A stretch of 64,000 nucleotides of DNA from Basidiobolus meristosporus CBS 931.73 (Eukaryota; Fungi; Basidiobolomycota): positions 11,217 to 75,216 of the forward strand of contig MCFE01000437.1 in assembly GCA_002104905.1 (NCBI GenBank). The letters run 5' to 3'. Of this stretch, positions 11,251 to 25,700 are shown piece by piece (position 1 is the stretch's first letter; every line of letters begins with the position of its first letter). A model generated the notes under the pieces. It worked only from the letters and a program-made list of their open reading frames with translations. It did not search any database and was not told where the DNA came from. Both the position numbers and the translations under genes were made by a program.

Positions 11251-14200
11251 TCTACTCCTTACTTGTATATAGTAGGTAAAAGTACACTACCCTATGTGTG
11301 CTTGGTGACTGATGATTGCAAAAACCTCTGGTCCTAATTTGTAGGTGTTTCTAGTACTAGCACTATATTAAGTGATGCTGCTTCTCTATTTTGCTAGGTG
11401 CTTCATGTGTTTATAAAAGCCTTTATAACTTTTGTTACTACCCTCAATGCTCCATAATAGCAGGACTAAGGTGTATTGCTCATGTTAAGCTCAATGATCA
11501 AATACTTATCAACAATAGGAAAGTACTGCTGATAAAAGGGGTGGTTAATTGATCTGGGACTGACTTCTTGTTATACTTAAAAGGATTGCCAAGTCATTAT
11601 TAGTGACAGGGTTTTAGAGGTTTCCCTTGTATACTGGTCTTGGTGATGGCACAATAAGTTAGAGATACTGTAAGAAGGTTCTGGAAGGTTGAGGTTGCTT
11701 AGCACATCCAACCAATCAAGGATCAGTGGGTAAAAATATTAGTATCAAAGAGTTACCATATATAAAATGGAAATGGTAAGGATAGTAACACTGACATAGG
11801 TCATTTCATGGGAATTGTTGCTGTTACTTAAGCACCTTTGCTGTAAGGAATTACCTCAAGTAGTTCTATTATGCTAATCAAAGTTGATCCACCTTGTAGT
11901 GTATCTGCAGAGGGCCACCAGTAAGTTTTTGGAGCAGTTTATTGGTGCTCAAGGATACAACACAAAGAACACCGGCCTTAGTATGGGGGACAGAGTCACA
12001 GATGTATATGCCAAGGGGAAAAAACCAAAAACACTGAAGTTTCCCAAAGCCATTTAGTACAATGATGAAGAATGCATTGATGTTCCAGCAACCACTAGAA
12101 GTCTGGCATGCTTGCATCTTACAGCTAGTGTACCATGGACCTATTGGGAACCAAACTCTATTAAGAAATATTTAGCCATGCAGGTGGATGCAGTCCTGAT
12201 CAGCTCTCAGAACCCTGACATTAGGCTACATAATGCCAGCAGCTTGGAATTCTTGACTCTCTTTATGATCTTATGATGGGATTGTATCAGTGTTTATTGT
12301 TCTACATCCAGATAGATTATCAAACTTGAGAGCTTTTTGACAGTTGGGTGAAAGACTTGCATGGCATTCTAGTGGTCACATTATGGTCTACCCTTATTTA
12401 GGCAAGCCCAACTAGCAAATAGACTTGTCCCATTGCAGCATGCCATGGCATGTACTGCAATCCACAGATGCAAAGAACTTCTGGGTGCAGTGTTGTAGCT
12501 ACCAGTAGGCAGGATTACTCTTGAATGATTTTGCACTATGTGGGTCAGTCTTGCACACTATGGCTTAGTCTTATACCATGAGGTTGGCATGGATGATTGC
12601 GCCAACTTGTAATGCTTGCATCACATACATGATCAGATACCATTAAACTGATAGGTAAAATCCAGTATTAGGATTTGTTTCTTTAATTTAGTTGGAAATA
12701 AATCCATATCCCACTATAAGCCACACTGATACTTACCATTTTGGTTACCATCACTCCAAATGTATGGAATATCAATGTCTGACTGGTCTGAAAGTATCCT
12801 GAAGCTGTTAACCCTCAATTGACTCATTGAACAATGCAAAAGCTACCTGATTTGCCATAGGATATCCCATATTACCCATTGAGCCACTAAATCTCTGATC
12901 TTATTGATTAGACAAGGTGTCATAAAAAGCATGCAACCAATCATGTAGGTGCAAATTAGATCAAATAGCTGCACTGGTGTTACAGATGATGTATTTATAT
13001 GCAGGGTGTTTAGTATAGGGTGCTCTGTCTAAAATGTGAAAAAAAATTCACTTTACTTATAGCAAATGTATAGTGATCATTGATTTGCAATGGCTTAATT
13101 TGATTTGCAAAAAAAATGTGTTATTTGGATCACAACAAATGGTTGCAGTTCAATGAAATTGTATCATCTTCTGCTAGGTTCTTTCTCCTAGGGATTACCA
13201 CTGAAGCATTTGGTAGCAGTACCTTTTATACGCCCAAATACTGCCTTGTTGACTATCATCTGGATTAATTGTGTACTTGTAGTCATTATTTTGCCACCTA
13301 GTTTGTGAGTGCAATGCTGAAGCTTGGCCATGCTGTATTGCTCCTGATGATATAATGGCACTGATCTTATTAGCCATGGGCTGACACTTTTTTTACTTGT
13401 CAAAGTCTCCAGTGGTGAAGGCACTTCATGTGGGTCATTACCTGTCAGTTCACCAGATGTAACTAGCTGTTAGTCAGGAGCAACAGCATGCGCAGGTGCA
13501 ACTTAATGCATTGGCATAGCCATTGGCTGAGTTTGATGTGATGTTACATGTTGATGCAACTTGGCCCTCTCCAATGGACTTGTGTCTGCATGAGCAGTTT
13601 GGTGAGTTCTGGTGGTTTTTCTCTCAAGTATGCATGTTAACTCAATCCAGAGCACTCTTGTGAAGGGTGTTGGCATATGTTGGACTGACATATGCCAGTG
13701 CATCAACACAGAAGGGATGGTAAGGAGTTCAGCAAGGAATGCTGGCACTGTCTAGATGCAGCTGCTCATGGTATGTATTCTTCTTATTGAAGCTCATCTT
13801 GTAATTCTTTGAGGTATTCACTCCCCCTCTGTCTGATACTTGGGAACTGTTGTCTTGACAAGTCCTTTGTGTATATGTGGCAATTTATCAAGTGATTTGC
13901 ATGTAGGGAATTTATAAAGAAGTAGTGATAATAGTCAAACTATTGCTCATTCATAAAGTGGATCATTACTTCTACATTTGTTAAAGTAATATAGCTGTAC
14001 CACCAAATAAGGAGGGTTTCTCAATGATCAGGGGCATTCTGTAACAGTTTCAGGGTTAGTACATAATGTTAGTAGAAAATATTTGTTCCATTGAATGGTG
14101 CCACATAGTGCCATCCTGTTTATAGTGCTGCATTGATCTGGCACTCTATGGCACTATCTAGCACTATAAATTCTACCAATACAAGCAGTGGGATATAGTT

Positions 14201-14254
14201 ACTGGTGATTTTACTCAATCCTACTTAGGTTGCTCAGAGTTGTGCTTTCCTGGC

Positions 14255-15959
14255 TTTATTTTCTCTTCATAACGCGCCAGACACATTTCTCTCTAAGGAT
14301 ATCTTCTTGTATGTATGTACTGTGCATAGATATGTATCTTAACTATTAGACTTATTCAGTTGGGTGGTGCCAAATTGAGCCATGAGTGCCAAATGATGCC
14401 ATAGTGGGCCAGGGAGGCCAATTGAGCCTATACTTGGTCACAGAGTCTGAAACATAGCTCTGCATCTTCATGCAAAGCAGCCCCTATGTTTCACCCATTG
14501 TACTGGAGAAAATCCATATTTTAACCTTTTTTTTTTGGATCAATGTTGTGCAGGATGTGTAAGAGCACAGAAGGACTGAAGACATGCATCTGGTACTCAA
14601 TACCTATGGCACTCTGAATCTAGCTCCTGTAGGTTGTATCATGTCACAAAAATGCATGGCACTATCTTGGCCCACTGGTACTATCTGGCACTATATTTAA
14701 ATATTAGCCCTAAAGTAAGATCTATACAAAGCACTTATAGTGCCAAATAGTACCAGTGGACCAAGATAGTGCCATGCATTTTTGTGACATGATACAGCCT
14801 ACAGGAGCTAGATTCAGAGTTCCATAGGTATTGAGTACCAGATGCATGTCTTCAGTCCTTCTGAGCTCCTACACATCCTGCACAACAATGAACCAAAAAA
14901 AAGGTCAAAAAATGGTCTTTCTCCAGCATGGTGGGTGAAACAAAGGGGCTGCTTTGGATGAAGATGCAGAGCTATGTTTCAGACTCTGTGGCCAAGTATA
15001 GGCTTACTTGGCCTGCCTGGCACACTATGGCATCATTTGGCACTCATGGCTCAATATGGCACTATCCAATTGAACAAGTCTATTTTACCTATTCTGCTGA
15101 TTTCTCCTATACATGAGTTTCCTCTGTTTTTACCTACTGATATGCTGAATCTCCTTAGATATCCAAATGTATGCTCCACCCTCACTCTGAAATGATTAAA
15201 TATCTCATTGTAGAGCTTTTGCTTCCTGCTAAGCACACCATTCCTTGGCTTCCTATAAGCTGCAATATATCCTAATCTCTGACAATCCTCTCCTATATAA
15301 GCTAAGTCTGCCATACATTTTTCCCCTCTACTGAATTCAGGATGATTCTCTACCCAGAGTTCTTTGTCATGCCTACTTCCACCAAATGGCCCACTAAACC
15401 AGATGATGTAACCCTCAATGTCAGACAGTGCTTGAAACTTTACACAGTGTGCCTTGTACTTGCCAGAAGAAAAGTGTCTCCACCCTGTAGAAGGTCTGTT
15501 AATCCTGACTGGGAAGGTATCCAAAATACTCCTTATATGGAACCTGATGCTGAGCACTGTGGGATATGGAAGTGTATTCGAGCTTCTGAACCTAATACTC
15601 CAAGCTTGCTCTAAGTCATGCATACCCTTTGCAAGGAGGTTCTCCATTGATGTCAGCTGGGAATGAAAGCTTCTTGGACTTCTGTTACCATGGATAGTGG
15701 GATGAAACCTTGTAGGGCAATAGTTCTTGTAATAGCAGAGAGACTTGACAAGGGATCTCCTTGGGTAGATTGCAATAGATGGTCCACAGTACTTGGTATC
15801 AATCTCCTCTAGTGTGTCAAAAGGAAATCCAGTAGTAGTGATGGAATTGATGAGAAAAGACCATTCAGACAAATAAGTCATATCAAAATTGGTAGATGAT
15901 TGGGCTGAGGTGATTTGAATTGATTTGGCGCAATCAGCTTGATTTATCCAATTATTCAT
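14255..15959 (-). pseudogene. Pangu-like DDE transposase copy 2, interrupted near its C-terminus by a MITE of its own family
   Basis: ORF 15051-15959 is near-identical to 2220-3104 up to SRIGKI; the C-terminus resumes at 14347. Confidence 0.85.
14348..15081. mobile_element. 734-bp fold-back MITE of the Pangu-like family
   Basis: AGACTT..TC TIRs, ~347-bp inverted arms, ~40-bp AT-rich loop (14696-14735), ATT TSD (14345-47 / 15082-84). Confidence 0.9.
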
Positions 15960-16333
15960 GCATTATGATTAAGTCTCCATCAACTGCCATGTATCCCATT
16001 ATTATGGTGAAAAAATCATCCTCAAACAATGACTTGGTTTTTTTATTGATGCTTTGATCACAAGTCTAGAGTGAAATAGGAAATCTGCAATTGATGTGAT
16101 CTGATCAGTGTTAATGCAATCCAGGATGCATCATGCATAATATATGGAAAATTCAATAATTACATTAGATCTCATTTATATTTCATATAAGACCAGGTTG
16201 ATATCAATACACTACTGAATAAGTATCCAAATCTGTCACCATGGTCCCTATACCAAGCCTCAACTCATCTTTAGTACAACCCAGAAAAAATCCATCCCCC
16301 AGCTCTCAAGCGTAGTCCAGACCAGAAAAGTCA

Positions 16334-17307
16334 ATGTTGCATCTGTTTGAGTTCATGCTAAGTGATTTCAATATGGCCAAAGTGTCTATGATGGGCATTC
16401 ATACAGATATTTGGACACTGCTCATTAATCTAGCAGAACTAGATACCTTGGAGAGTCAACAGCAATGGAAAAACCAGAGTAGAAAGCTGTGGCATGAGCT
16501 CTACATCAAGATGGCAGCAGTTATATGCAAGAAGATATAAAACAAGACAAGTATTGAAATCAAAAATGAACTGATAGTGAGGGGATTTGATGAGGAAGCC
16601 ATGCGCAAGCAATTTTGCACCCAGTTTGCTCAGTACAGGCCAAACACATCCATTTGTGCCTCAACTTTGAGAACCAAAAAGATTTTGAATGAGGTTTTGC
16701 CTCAAGTGACTAAAGTATTACTTGATATATTGGTAGAGCTAAGTGGCTTCCAAGAGCAATGTACAAAGGACTCATCCAGGAAACAGTTCCAAAGTATCAG
16801 ACAGAGGGTAAGTGAATACCTTGAGGAATCAGAAGGTGAGCTTTAAGAGGAAGAATACAGACTGCAAGCAACAGTGTCCAGATTGCACCAGCATGCCTTG
16901 CTGGAAATCCATTGGAGCAGGCCAAGTTGTGTCAACAAGCTGCATCACATCAAGCTCAGCTAAGGGCCATGCCGGCATATCAAGTCACATTTGTGTGTGC
17001 CATTACACCTGACCATCAGCAAGTTTCTTCTAGTGAACTGACCAATGATGACCCACATGAAGTGCCTCCACCACAAGTGCCTTTGGCAAGTGAGAGAACA
17101 CATCAGCGCACCACATTGCAGGCCAGCTCAGTTGCATCATCCGGAGCAATTCAGCATGGCCAAGCTGCAGCATTGCACTCATCAGCTAGGAGGCAAAATA
17201 CTGACTATAAATACACAAGTAGTCAAGAGGATAGTCAACAAGAAAGTAGCTTAGGTATGCAAAGTGAATCACTACCAAATGCTTCAGTAGTGATTCCAAT
17301 GAGATAA
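16334..17307 (+). pseudogene. Pangu-like partner ORF copy 2, disrupted
   Basis: ORFs 16334-16540, 16577-16846 and 16912-17307 align with 3261-4415. Confidence 0.8.
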
Positions 17308-20300
17308 AAACCTTGAAGAAGATGATGCAATTGCGTTGAATAGCTATTATTTCTAATGATCCAAACAACACATTTTTTCTTGCAATCTGCATCAAGCCAT
17401 TGCAAATCAGTTGTAACTCAAGTACTGATATAAGTAACATCAAGATTGTCTCACATTTGGGACAGGACCCCTGTAAATAAACACCCTGTATATATATACA
17501 TCATCTGTGGCAACAGTGCAGCCATTTGATCTGACTTGCACCTATACAATTGGTTGCATGCTAGCTATGACACCTTGTCCAATCACTAGGATCATGGATT
17601 TACTTGCTTAATAGGCAAAATGGGATATTTGATGGCCAATCAGGTAGCTGGTGTATTGGCCAAAGAACCAATTGTGGGCTGACAGCTTTGGGACACTTTT
17701 GGGCCAATGAACCACTGAGATACCATTCAATTGGATTGATGGTAGCTAAAATGGTAAGTATCAGTGTAGTTTATAATGTGATACGCATTGATCTCCAATC
17801 AAATTCAACAAACATATCCAAATACCAGGTTTTACCCACCATAACGGCAGTTTCCTATTTGGCATGTGATGTAAACATTTCAAGTTGGCGCAATTGCATG
17901 TGCCAACCTCATTTTGTCAGAATGTGCCATAGTGTGCAAGATTGTCCCACATAGTGCAAAATTGTCCTACAGCAATCCTGCCTACTGGTAGCCACAATAT
18001 TGCACCCAATTGCTCTTTCAGACCGCAGTTTGCCTGTGCACCCTGGCATGGTACAATGGAACAAGTCAAAAGTGTTAATTTGATCTTCACTATAGCAGAA
18101 AATCATAGGATCATAGATCTCAAGAAACTGGGAAATTTAGGGCAGCAAATTAGTTATACAGGGACCAAGACTTTGTTTTGTTAAGTAAGCTTTTAGCTGC
18201 TGAGTGATACCAAATAGTCCAATATTTTGGCACTCCCCCTCAACTAAATAACTTCTAAATCCTAATTCCTCTCTGAGATTCTCAAATTGTTGTCTAGCTA
18301 GTGATTTGAACAATATATTTACCTCTATTTTGTCAGTTGGACAGTAAACTAAATCTACCAAGTTATTTTTGACAGATTCTCTCACAAAGTGGTATTATAT
18401 ATCTATGTGTATAGTTCTGGCTTGACTAGCAGGATTTCTAACTAATAAACTACAACTTTGATTATCTCTGCAAATACATGTTGGTTCATCTGAATCAAGT
18501 CCTAAGTCTTTGAGTAATTTCTATGGCTATATAGACTTGTCAGTTACCTGGCAAGCAGCCATATTTTCTGCTTCTGTTGTAGATAGGGCCAGAGCTGGTT
18601 GCTTCTAGCAATTCCAAGTAATAGCTATACCAACATAAAGCAATACATACCCAGCAATAGAGCATCTGTCAATCAGATCTCTGCCACAATCTGAATCACT
18701 ATAATCATCAAATTTTTGCCTAATAGCAGCTCCTAAGTTTCCAGTACCATATATGGTACCTTGTAGATATCTGAAAATCCCCTTAACAGCTGTATGCTGA
18801 TCTGATCCATAAATCTGAATGAATTGACTGACTATTCCAACTGCCACTGCAATATCTGGACATGTAGATACTATCAGTACAGCAGCATACCATCAATTGA
18901 TTGATAGGGAAAGTTTTGGTCCATATTTAAGCTGTTTTCACCCCAAACTGGCTGAGACTTGCTCAATTTTCAATTATTGTCCATTGGGGTAGCTGCAGGC
19001 TTGCAGCACTCTATTCTGAAGCAACTAAGAATGTCTCTGATATACTTTGACTGATTCAGCACAGTTTTCTGCATATGCATGTCAAAATTCACTTTAATTC
19101 CAATAAAATAGCTCAATTTTTGAAGATCTTTCATCTCCAACTTGTTGAATATATCTAATTTTGTCTGTGTCAGTGCCTCCTTGTCACTTGTAGCTATTAC
19201 TAGGTTGTCTGCATAAGAAATTAGGGCAATCACACCTTCTTGAGCTGTTTCACATATATACTGTGTTCTGCAGTGCTACAAATGAGCACAATCTCCTCTT
19301 GATATGTGTCAATCTTGTTATACCATGCTCTAGGTGACTGATTAAGCCTGTACAACAATTTCCTGAGTCTACACACCTGATGGGGGTCTTTCAGATTGGT
19401 AAAACCTTCTGATTGCTCCATATATATAGTTTTCTGCAAATCTCCATTTAGAAAAGCTGCTTTAATGTCCATTTGGAGTAGATCTAGACTGTGTATAGCT
19501 GACTGGGCTATAATTGTCCTAAGGGAGTTAAGCTTGGCCAACAGAGCAAATGCTTCCTTAAAGTCTGGTCCCTGGATCTGGGAATAGCCTTTGGCTACCA
19601 ATGAGGCCTTGTACTTACAACGGTACCAATTGAGGTCATCTTAATCTTGTAGACCCATTTATATTCGATTGGCTTTTCACCATTTGGAACATCTACCCGT
19701 TCCCACAATTTTGCTTTTATTAGTGTTTGGTACTCATCTTGCATGGCTTGTTGCCATGCCGTAGTATCTAGACTTTGCGTTGTCTGTTCCAAATTCTGAT
19801 GGTTGGCAAATAAGGCAAAATAAGCTTCCTCATGATCATTGGATGGCTGCTACCAGGATCAAGGGTCATTTCTTATTCTGGTATATATCCTAACTAGGAT
19901 ATTCTACTTGGAACTGGAACTGATAGAATTGATTTCTGTATCTAGCTGAATTTGTTATGTATCTTCATTAGTGTGGATTGCATCATCAGGCAGCTGGCCA
20001 ATGATTTCTGTGGTTTGAGGAGAGATTTTCCTCAAATACAATGTCCCTGCCCCTGATCAACTTCTGAATTCCGCCATCATGCACTCTTTGCCCTATAGTA
20101 ACATCCCAATACTCAAGAAGAATCACTTTTCTACTCTGTGGCTCCAGTTTGGAGCTTATTTGTCAAGGAAGTGATAAACAGCACCACTACCAAAGATCAT
20201 GAGGTGCTTGAGGTCTAATTTTTGGCCTGTATATGCCTCAAAGAGTGTAGAACCACATAGTGCTATTGTTGGGTGGCTTTTTTTGATGTATACCACAGTA

Positions 20301-22789
20301 GCTACAGATTCAGCCCAAAACCTGTAGTGTATTCCTTTAACATGCAGCATAGATATTCCAATCTATACTATTGTTCTATTTGCACATTCAGCTACTCTAT
20401 TTTGCTGTGGACTATTTGAAACAGTGGTGTGTTGAAGTATGCCAGTTGATCAGCAGTATTTTGCAGACTCCTTTGAGCAGTATTCCCTGTCAGTGTCACT
20501 CTGAAGTATCCTCAATTTACACCCAGTTTATGTTTCCATCTTGTACTTAAAGTGTTTCAATGTCTCTAAAGCCTATTTCTTTGTTTTGAGGAAGTATTCC
20601 CATGTAAATCTTGTCTTGTCATCAATAAGTATAATCAAGTATTGCTTGGCTCCACAGACCAGTGTTCTCATGGGTGCACGTATGTCTAAATTTACAATAG
20701 CCAATATGTTGGTGGTGTCAATGCCTCCTGAGCTCCTGAAACATTGCATGGCTTGTTGGCCATATGAGCCTCCCTTACAGACAATCAATTTTATTGGAAT
20801 TGAGTAATTTAGGCCTAAATAAGTTGATTTTTTAACCAATTGGCTCATTTGTGTTCCTTAAGTGTCCTAGCCTCATATGCCACATCTCCCAGTTAGTTTC
20901 ATCAGTTTCAGAAATGTTGGCATACTCAGGTGCAATAATATTGAATTGTAACTTATATATATTGTGGTATCTGATTCCCAAGCTAATTTTTATTCATTTT
21001 CACTCAATATTGAACAGTTCAGCTTAGTAAAAGCAAATTTCAATCCCTGAGCAGTCGCTTTACTAACAGAGATTAGGTTCTTAGCTATATCAGGTACTTA
21101 GAGTGGTCAGTCAGTCTTGCTGCTGTAGCCCCTGTGATATTTCAAAACAAAGTATGAGTGGCTCATACTATCTGGTAGGCTACATAGCAGACAGATGATC
21201 TTATCTGCATCATCTACACCAGTATTAATACTGTCTACTTCTTCTGCAAGTGTCTCCATTCTAGTAATGAGTAGTAGCATGTCATCATTTGGCTTCTTCC
21301 TCATGTTGAAAGACTTGTGTTTTAAATAAAGCTTGCCTGATACTGACGTTGCTCTAAAGATCTTCTCCGAGGATACCCATGCTACTTTAGCAATATTTGA
21401 AGCAGGGATTTGTGCAATGATGGAATCTTGCATATATGCTGTAGCTTTCTACTTGGATTCTTCCATCTCTGTTGACTCTCTAAGGTATCCAGTTTTGCTA
21501 TATTAATGAGTAGTGCCCAAATATCTGTATGAAAACTTTTCACAGACACAATGGCCATATTAGAATCATTTGGCAAGAGCTCAAACAGATGTATCATTGA
21601 CTTTCCGGTACAGATTGTGCTTGAGAGCTAGGGGATTGGTTTTGTCTGGGTTGTAATAAAGATAATTAGAGACTTGCTATAGGGACCGTAGTGACAGATT
21701 TGGATACTAACACAACAGTAAATTGACATTGACCTGGCATTATATGTAATATATTTGAAAGCTAAAGTGATTGTTGAATTTTCCATGTATTATGCATGAT
21801 GAACCTTAGATTGCATTGACATGGATCAGATCACATCAATCACAGATTTCCTATATGACAATTGACTTGTGAGTAAATCATCAATGAAATCACCAAGTCA
21901 TTGCTTGAGGAGGATTTTTGCAACATCATAATGGGACACATGTCAATTGATGGAGATTGAATCATTATATATCAAATTTAGATAAGTTAAGCTGGTAATG
22001 GCAAATCAATTCATATTGCCGCCACTCATTCATACATTAATTCAGATACAACCTACTCCTCTGAATGGTCTTTTCTCATCAGGCTCAATACTGCACAGGA
22101 TTTACTTTTGACACATTAGAGGAGATCAATACCAAGCATTGTGGACCATCAACCCCAATCTACTCAAGGAGATCCCTTGTTAAGCTTCTCTGCTATTACA
22201 AGAACTAATGCCCTAAAAGTTTTCATCCCACCATTCATAGCAACAGGAATCCTAGAAATCTTCATTCCCAGCTGACAGCAACAGAAAATCACCTTGCAAA
22301 GGGTATACATGACTGAGAGCAAATTTGGAATACTAGGTTCAGAGCTCTAATAGACTCCCATATCCCAGAGGGTTCAGTAGCAGATTCCAAATAAAGAGAA
22401 TTTGGGATACCTTCCAGATGACAGACCTACCAGAGGACAGGGGCACTTTTATTTTGACAAATACAAGGCACACTATGTGAAGTTTCTGTTGCAATTTAAG
22501 AAGTGATTTGGATATACGGAATTAATCAAGAAATAGTGATAATAGTTGAACTGTTGTTTATTCATAAAGAAGCTCAGTATTTATACCTTTGTAGATGTAA
22601 TACAGCTGCAACACTAAGTAGGAAGGGTTTCTCAATATTCAGGAGCATTCTGTAACAGTTTCAGGGTTAGTACATAATGTTTGGTAATAGTGCTAATTTG
22701 ATCCTGACTATAGGGGAATAATCATAAGATCATATATCTGAAGAAAGTGGCAAAGTTAAGGCAGTAAATGAGTCCTACAGTGACTAAGA

Positions 22790-25700
22790 CTAGCCTAGAA
22801 TTGTTAAGTAAATTTTTAGCTGCTGAATGATACCAAATAGTCCAATATTTATACACTCCCCCTCAACTAAATAATTTCTTAATCCCAATTTCTCTCTAAG
22901 GATCTCAAACTGTGGCCTAGCTAGTGGTTTTGTCAATATGTCTGCCACCATATTGTCAGTTGGGCAGTAAACCAGCTCCACTAAGTATTTTCTACAGCTT
23001 CCCTCACAAAGTGATGCTGTATATCAATGTGCTTAGTTCTAGCATGATTAGTAGGATTTCTAGCTAATGAAATACAACTTTGATTATCCTTGTAAATACA
23101 TGTTGGTTCACCTGAATTAAAACCTAAGTCTTTGAATAATTTTTGTAGCCATAGAGCCTCCTTAGTTGCTTGGCATGCAGCCATATATTTGGCTTCAGTT
23201 GTAGATAGTGCCACAGGTAGTTGTTTCTTGCAATTCCAAGTAATAGCTGCACCAGCATAAAGAAATACATAGCCTGTGGTAGAGCGTCTGTCAATCAGAT
23301 CCCTACCCCAATCTGAATCACTATAACCATCAAATTTTTGCCTATTAGCTGCTCCAGAGTATTCCAGTACCATATATATGGTACCTTGTAGATATCTGAA
23401 AATCCGCTTAACTGCTGCAATTTGATCTGATCCATAATTCTGCATGAATTGACTGACTATTCCAACTGCTACTGCAATATCTGGACGTGTAGACACCATC
23501 AACTACATTAGGCTACCAACCATTGATTGATAGGGAAAGTTTTGCTCCATATTTGAGCCGTTTATATCTATTACTGGCTGAGATTTGCTTAATTTCAGGT
23601 TATTGTCCATAAGGGTTGCTGCAGGCTTGCAATTTTCCATTTTGAAGCATCTAAGAATGTCCCTGATGTACTTAGACTGATTCAGCACAATTTTCTGCGT
23701 AGGTATGTCAAATTTGACCTCAATTCCAAGAAAATAGCTCAATTTTCTAAGGTCTTTCATCTCTAACTTGCTGCAGAGATCTGATTGTATCTGTTTAAGT
23801 GCCTCTTGATCACTTGTAGCTATAATTAGGTCGTCCACATAAAGAACTAGGATGATCACACACTTTTTCAGCTGTTTCACATATATACTGTGATCTGCAG
23901 TGCTACGAGAGAACCCAATTTCCTCTAGATATGTGTCAATCTTGTTATACCATGCTCTAGGTGCCTGCTTAAGCCCATACAACAATTTTCTAAGTTTGCA
24001 CACCTTATGGGGGCTTTTGGATCGGTAAAACCTTCTGGTTGCTCCATATATATAGTTTCTTGCAAATCCCCATTTAGAAAGGCTGTTTTGACGTCCATTT
24101 GGTGTAGATCTAGACTGTGTACAGCTGCCAGGGCTAGAACTGTCCTAATAGAGTTAAACTTGGCAACCAGAGCAAATGTTTCCTTAAAGTCTAGTCCCTG
24201 GATCTGGGAATAGCCTTTAGCTACCAATCTAGCCTTGTACTTATCAATGGCACCATTTGAGGTTATCTTGATCTTGTAGACCCGTCTACATCCTATTGGC
24301 TTTCTCCCATTTGGTAAATCTACCAGTTCCCACATTTTTGCCTTGATCAGTGATTGGTACTCCTCCTGCATAGCTTGTTGCCACTTAGTAGCATCTGGAC
24401 CTTGCATTGCCTGTTCCAGATTTTGAGGTTTGGCACATAAGGCAAGATAAGCTTCTTCATGATCATTGGATGTCTGCCACCAGGATCCAGGGGCATTTCT
24501 TATTCTGGTAGATCTCCTAACTGGGATAATCTGTTCTGATCTGGAACTGGTAGAAGTATCTTCCATCTCTGGCTGGATTTGGTACGTATCTTCTTCATTT
24601 GTGTTGATTGCATCATCAGGCAGCTGGCCAATGATTTCTGTGGCTTTCTGATCTGAATTCTCCTCAAATACAACAACCCTGCTCTTGATCAGCTTCTGAA
24701 TTTTGCCATCATACACTCTATACCCAAGAAAGATCCCTTTTCTACTCTTTGGTTCCAACTTTGAGCACTTTTTGTCAGGGATGTGATAAAAAACATCACT
24801 GCCAAAGATCCTGAGGTGCTGGAGATCTGGTTTTTTGCCTGTATATGCTTCAAAGGGTGTAAAATCACGTAGTGATGTTGTTGGGCATCTGTACTTGATG
24901 TATACAGCGGTAGCAACAGATTCAGCCCAAAACTTGTAGTCCATTCCCTTATCATGTAGCATGGATCTTCCCATCTCTACTATTGTTCTATTTGCACATA
25001 CTGCTACTCCATTTTGCTGTGGAGTATGAGGAACTGTAGTCTGTTAAAGTATACCAGTAGACAAGCAGTATTTTGCAAACTTCTTTGAGCAGTATTCTCC
25101 TCCATTGTCACTTTGTAGTACCTTCAATTTACACCCAGTTTGTGTTTCTGCCATGCTCTTGAAGTGCTTAAATGTCTCTAAAGCTTCATCCTTTGTTTTG
25201 AGGAAGTACACCCATGTATATCTTGTCTTGTCATCAATAAACGTCATAAAGTATCTCTTGGCTCCAAAGGACAGTGTTCTCATGGGGCCACATATGTCTG
25301 AGTGTACAATAGCCAATACCTTGGTGCTATTGATGTCTTCTGAGCTCTTGAAACATTGCCTAGCTTGTTTGCCATATGAACATCCCTTACAAACATTCAA
25401 TTTGATTGGAACTGAGTATTTTAGGCCCAAAACAAGCTGATTTCTCACCAATTGGCTCATTTTCTGTTCCCCTATGTGTCCTAGCCTCCTATGCCACATC
25501 TCCCAGTTGGTTTCATCAGTTTCAGCAATGTTGACGTATTCAGGTACAATGATCTTGCATTGTAACTTGTATATATTGTGATCTCTGAATCCCGAAGTTA
25601 ATTTTTGTCCATTTTCACTCAATATTGAGCAGCTCAGCTTAGTAAAAACAAATTTCAGTCCCTGAGTAGTTGCTTTACTGACTGAGAGTAGGTTCTTAGC

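Larger units (their letters stand above)
14079..18067 (-). mobile_element. Pangu-like copy 2 (contains hairpin MITE 14348-15081)
   Basis: Colinear with copy 1; left TIR degenerate (atatttgttccattg), right TIR tacaatggaacaagtc; has ~300 bp extra spacer and a ~170 bp partner deletion; TSD not clean. Confidence 0.85.
13876..21432 (-). mobile_element. Ty1/Copia family A, degenerate copy; 3' LTR split by Pangu-like copy 2; 5' LTR and gag start deleted
   Basis: LTR halves 13876-14078 and 18069-18232 match LTR 22487-22855; PPT complement ctccccctcaac; RH, RT, IN and gag remnants (ORFs 18137-21433) colinear with 22790-26744. Confidence 0.8.

Noticed and set aside
22790-22981. Copia-A pol frame running through the PPT into the 3' LTR as a novel extension
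   Set aside because: Short read-through into U3 is common in LTR elements and shows no motif.
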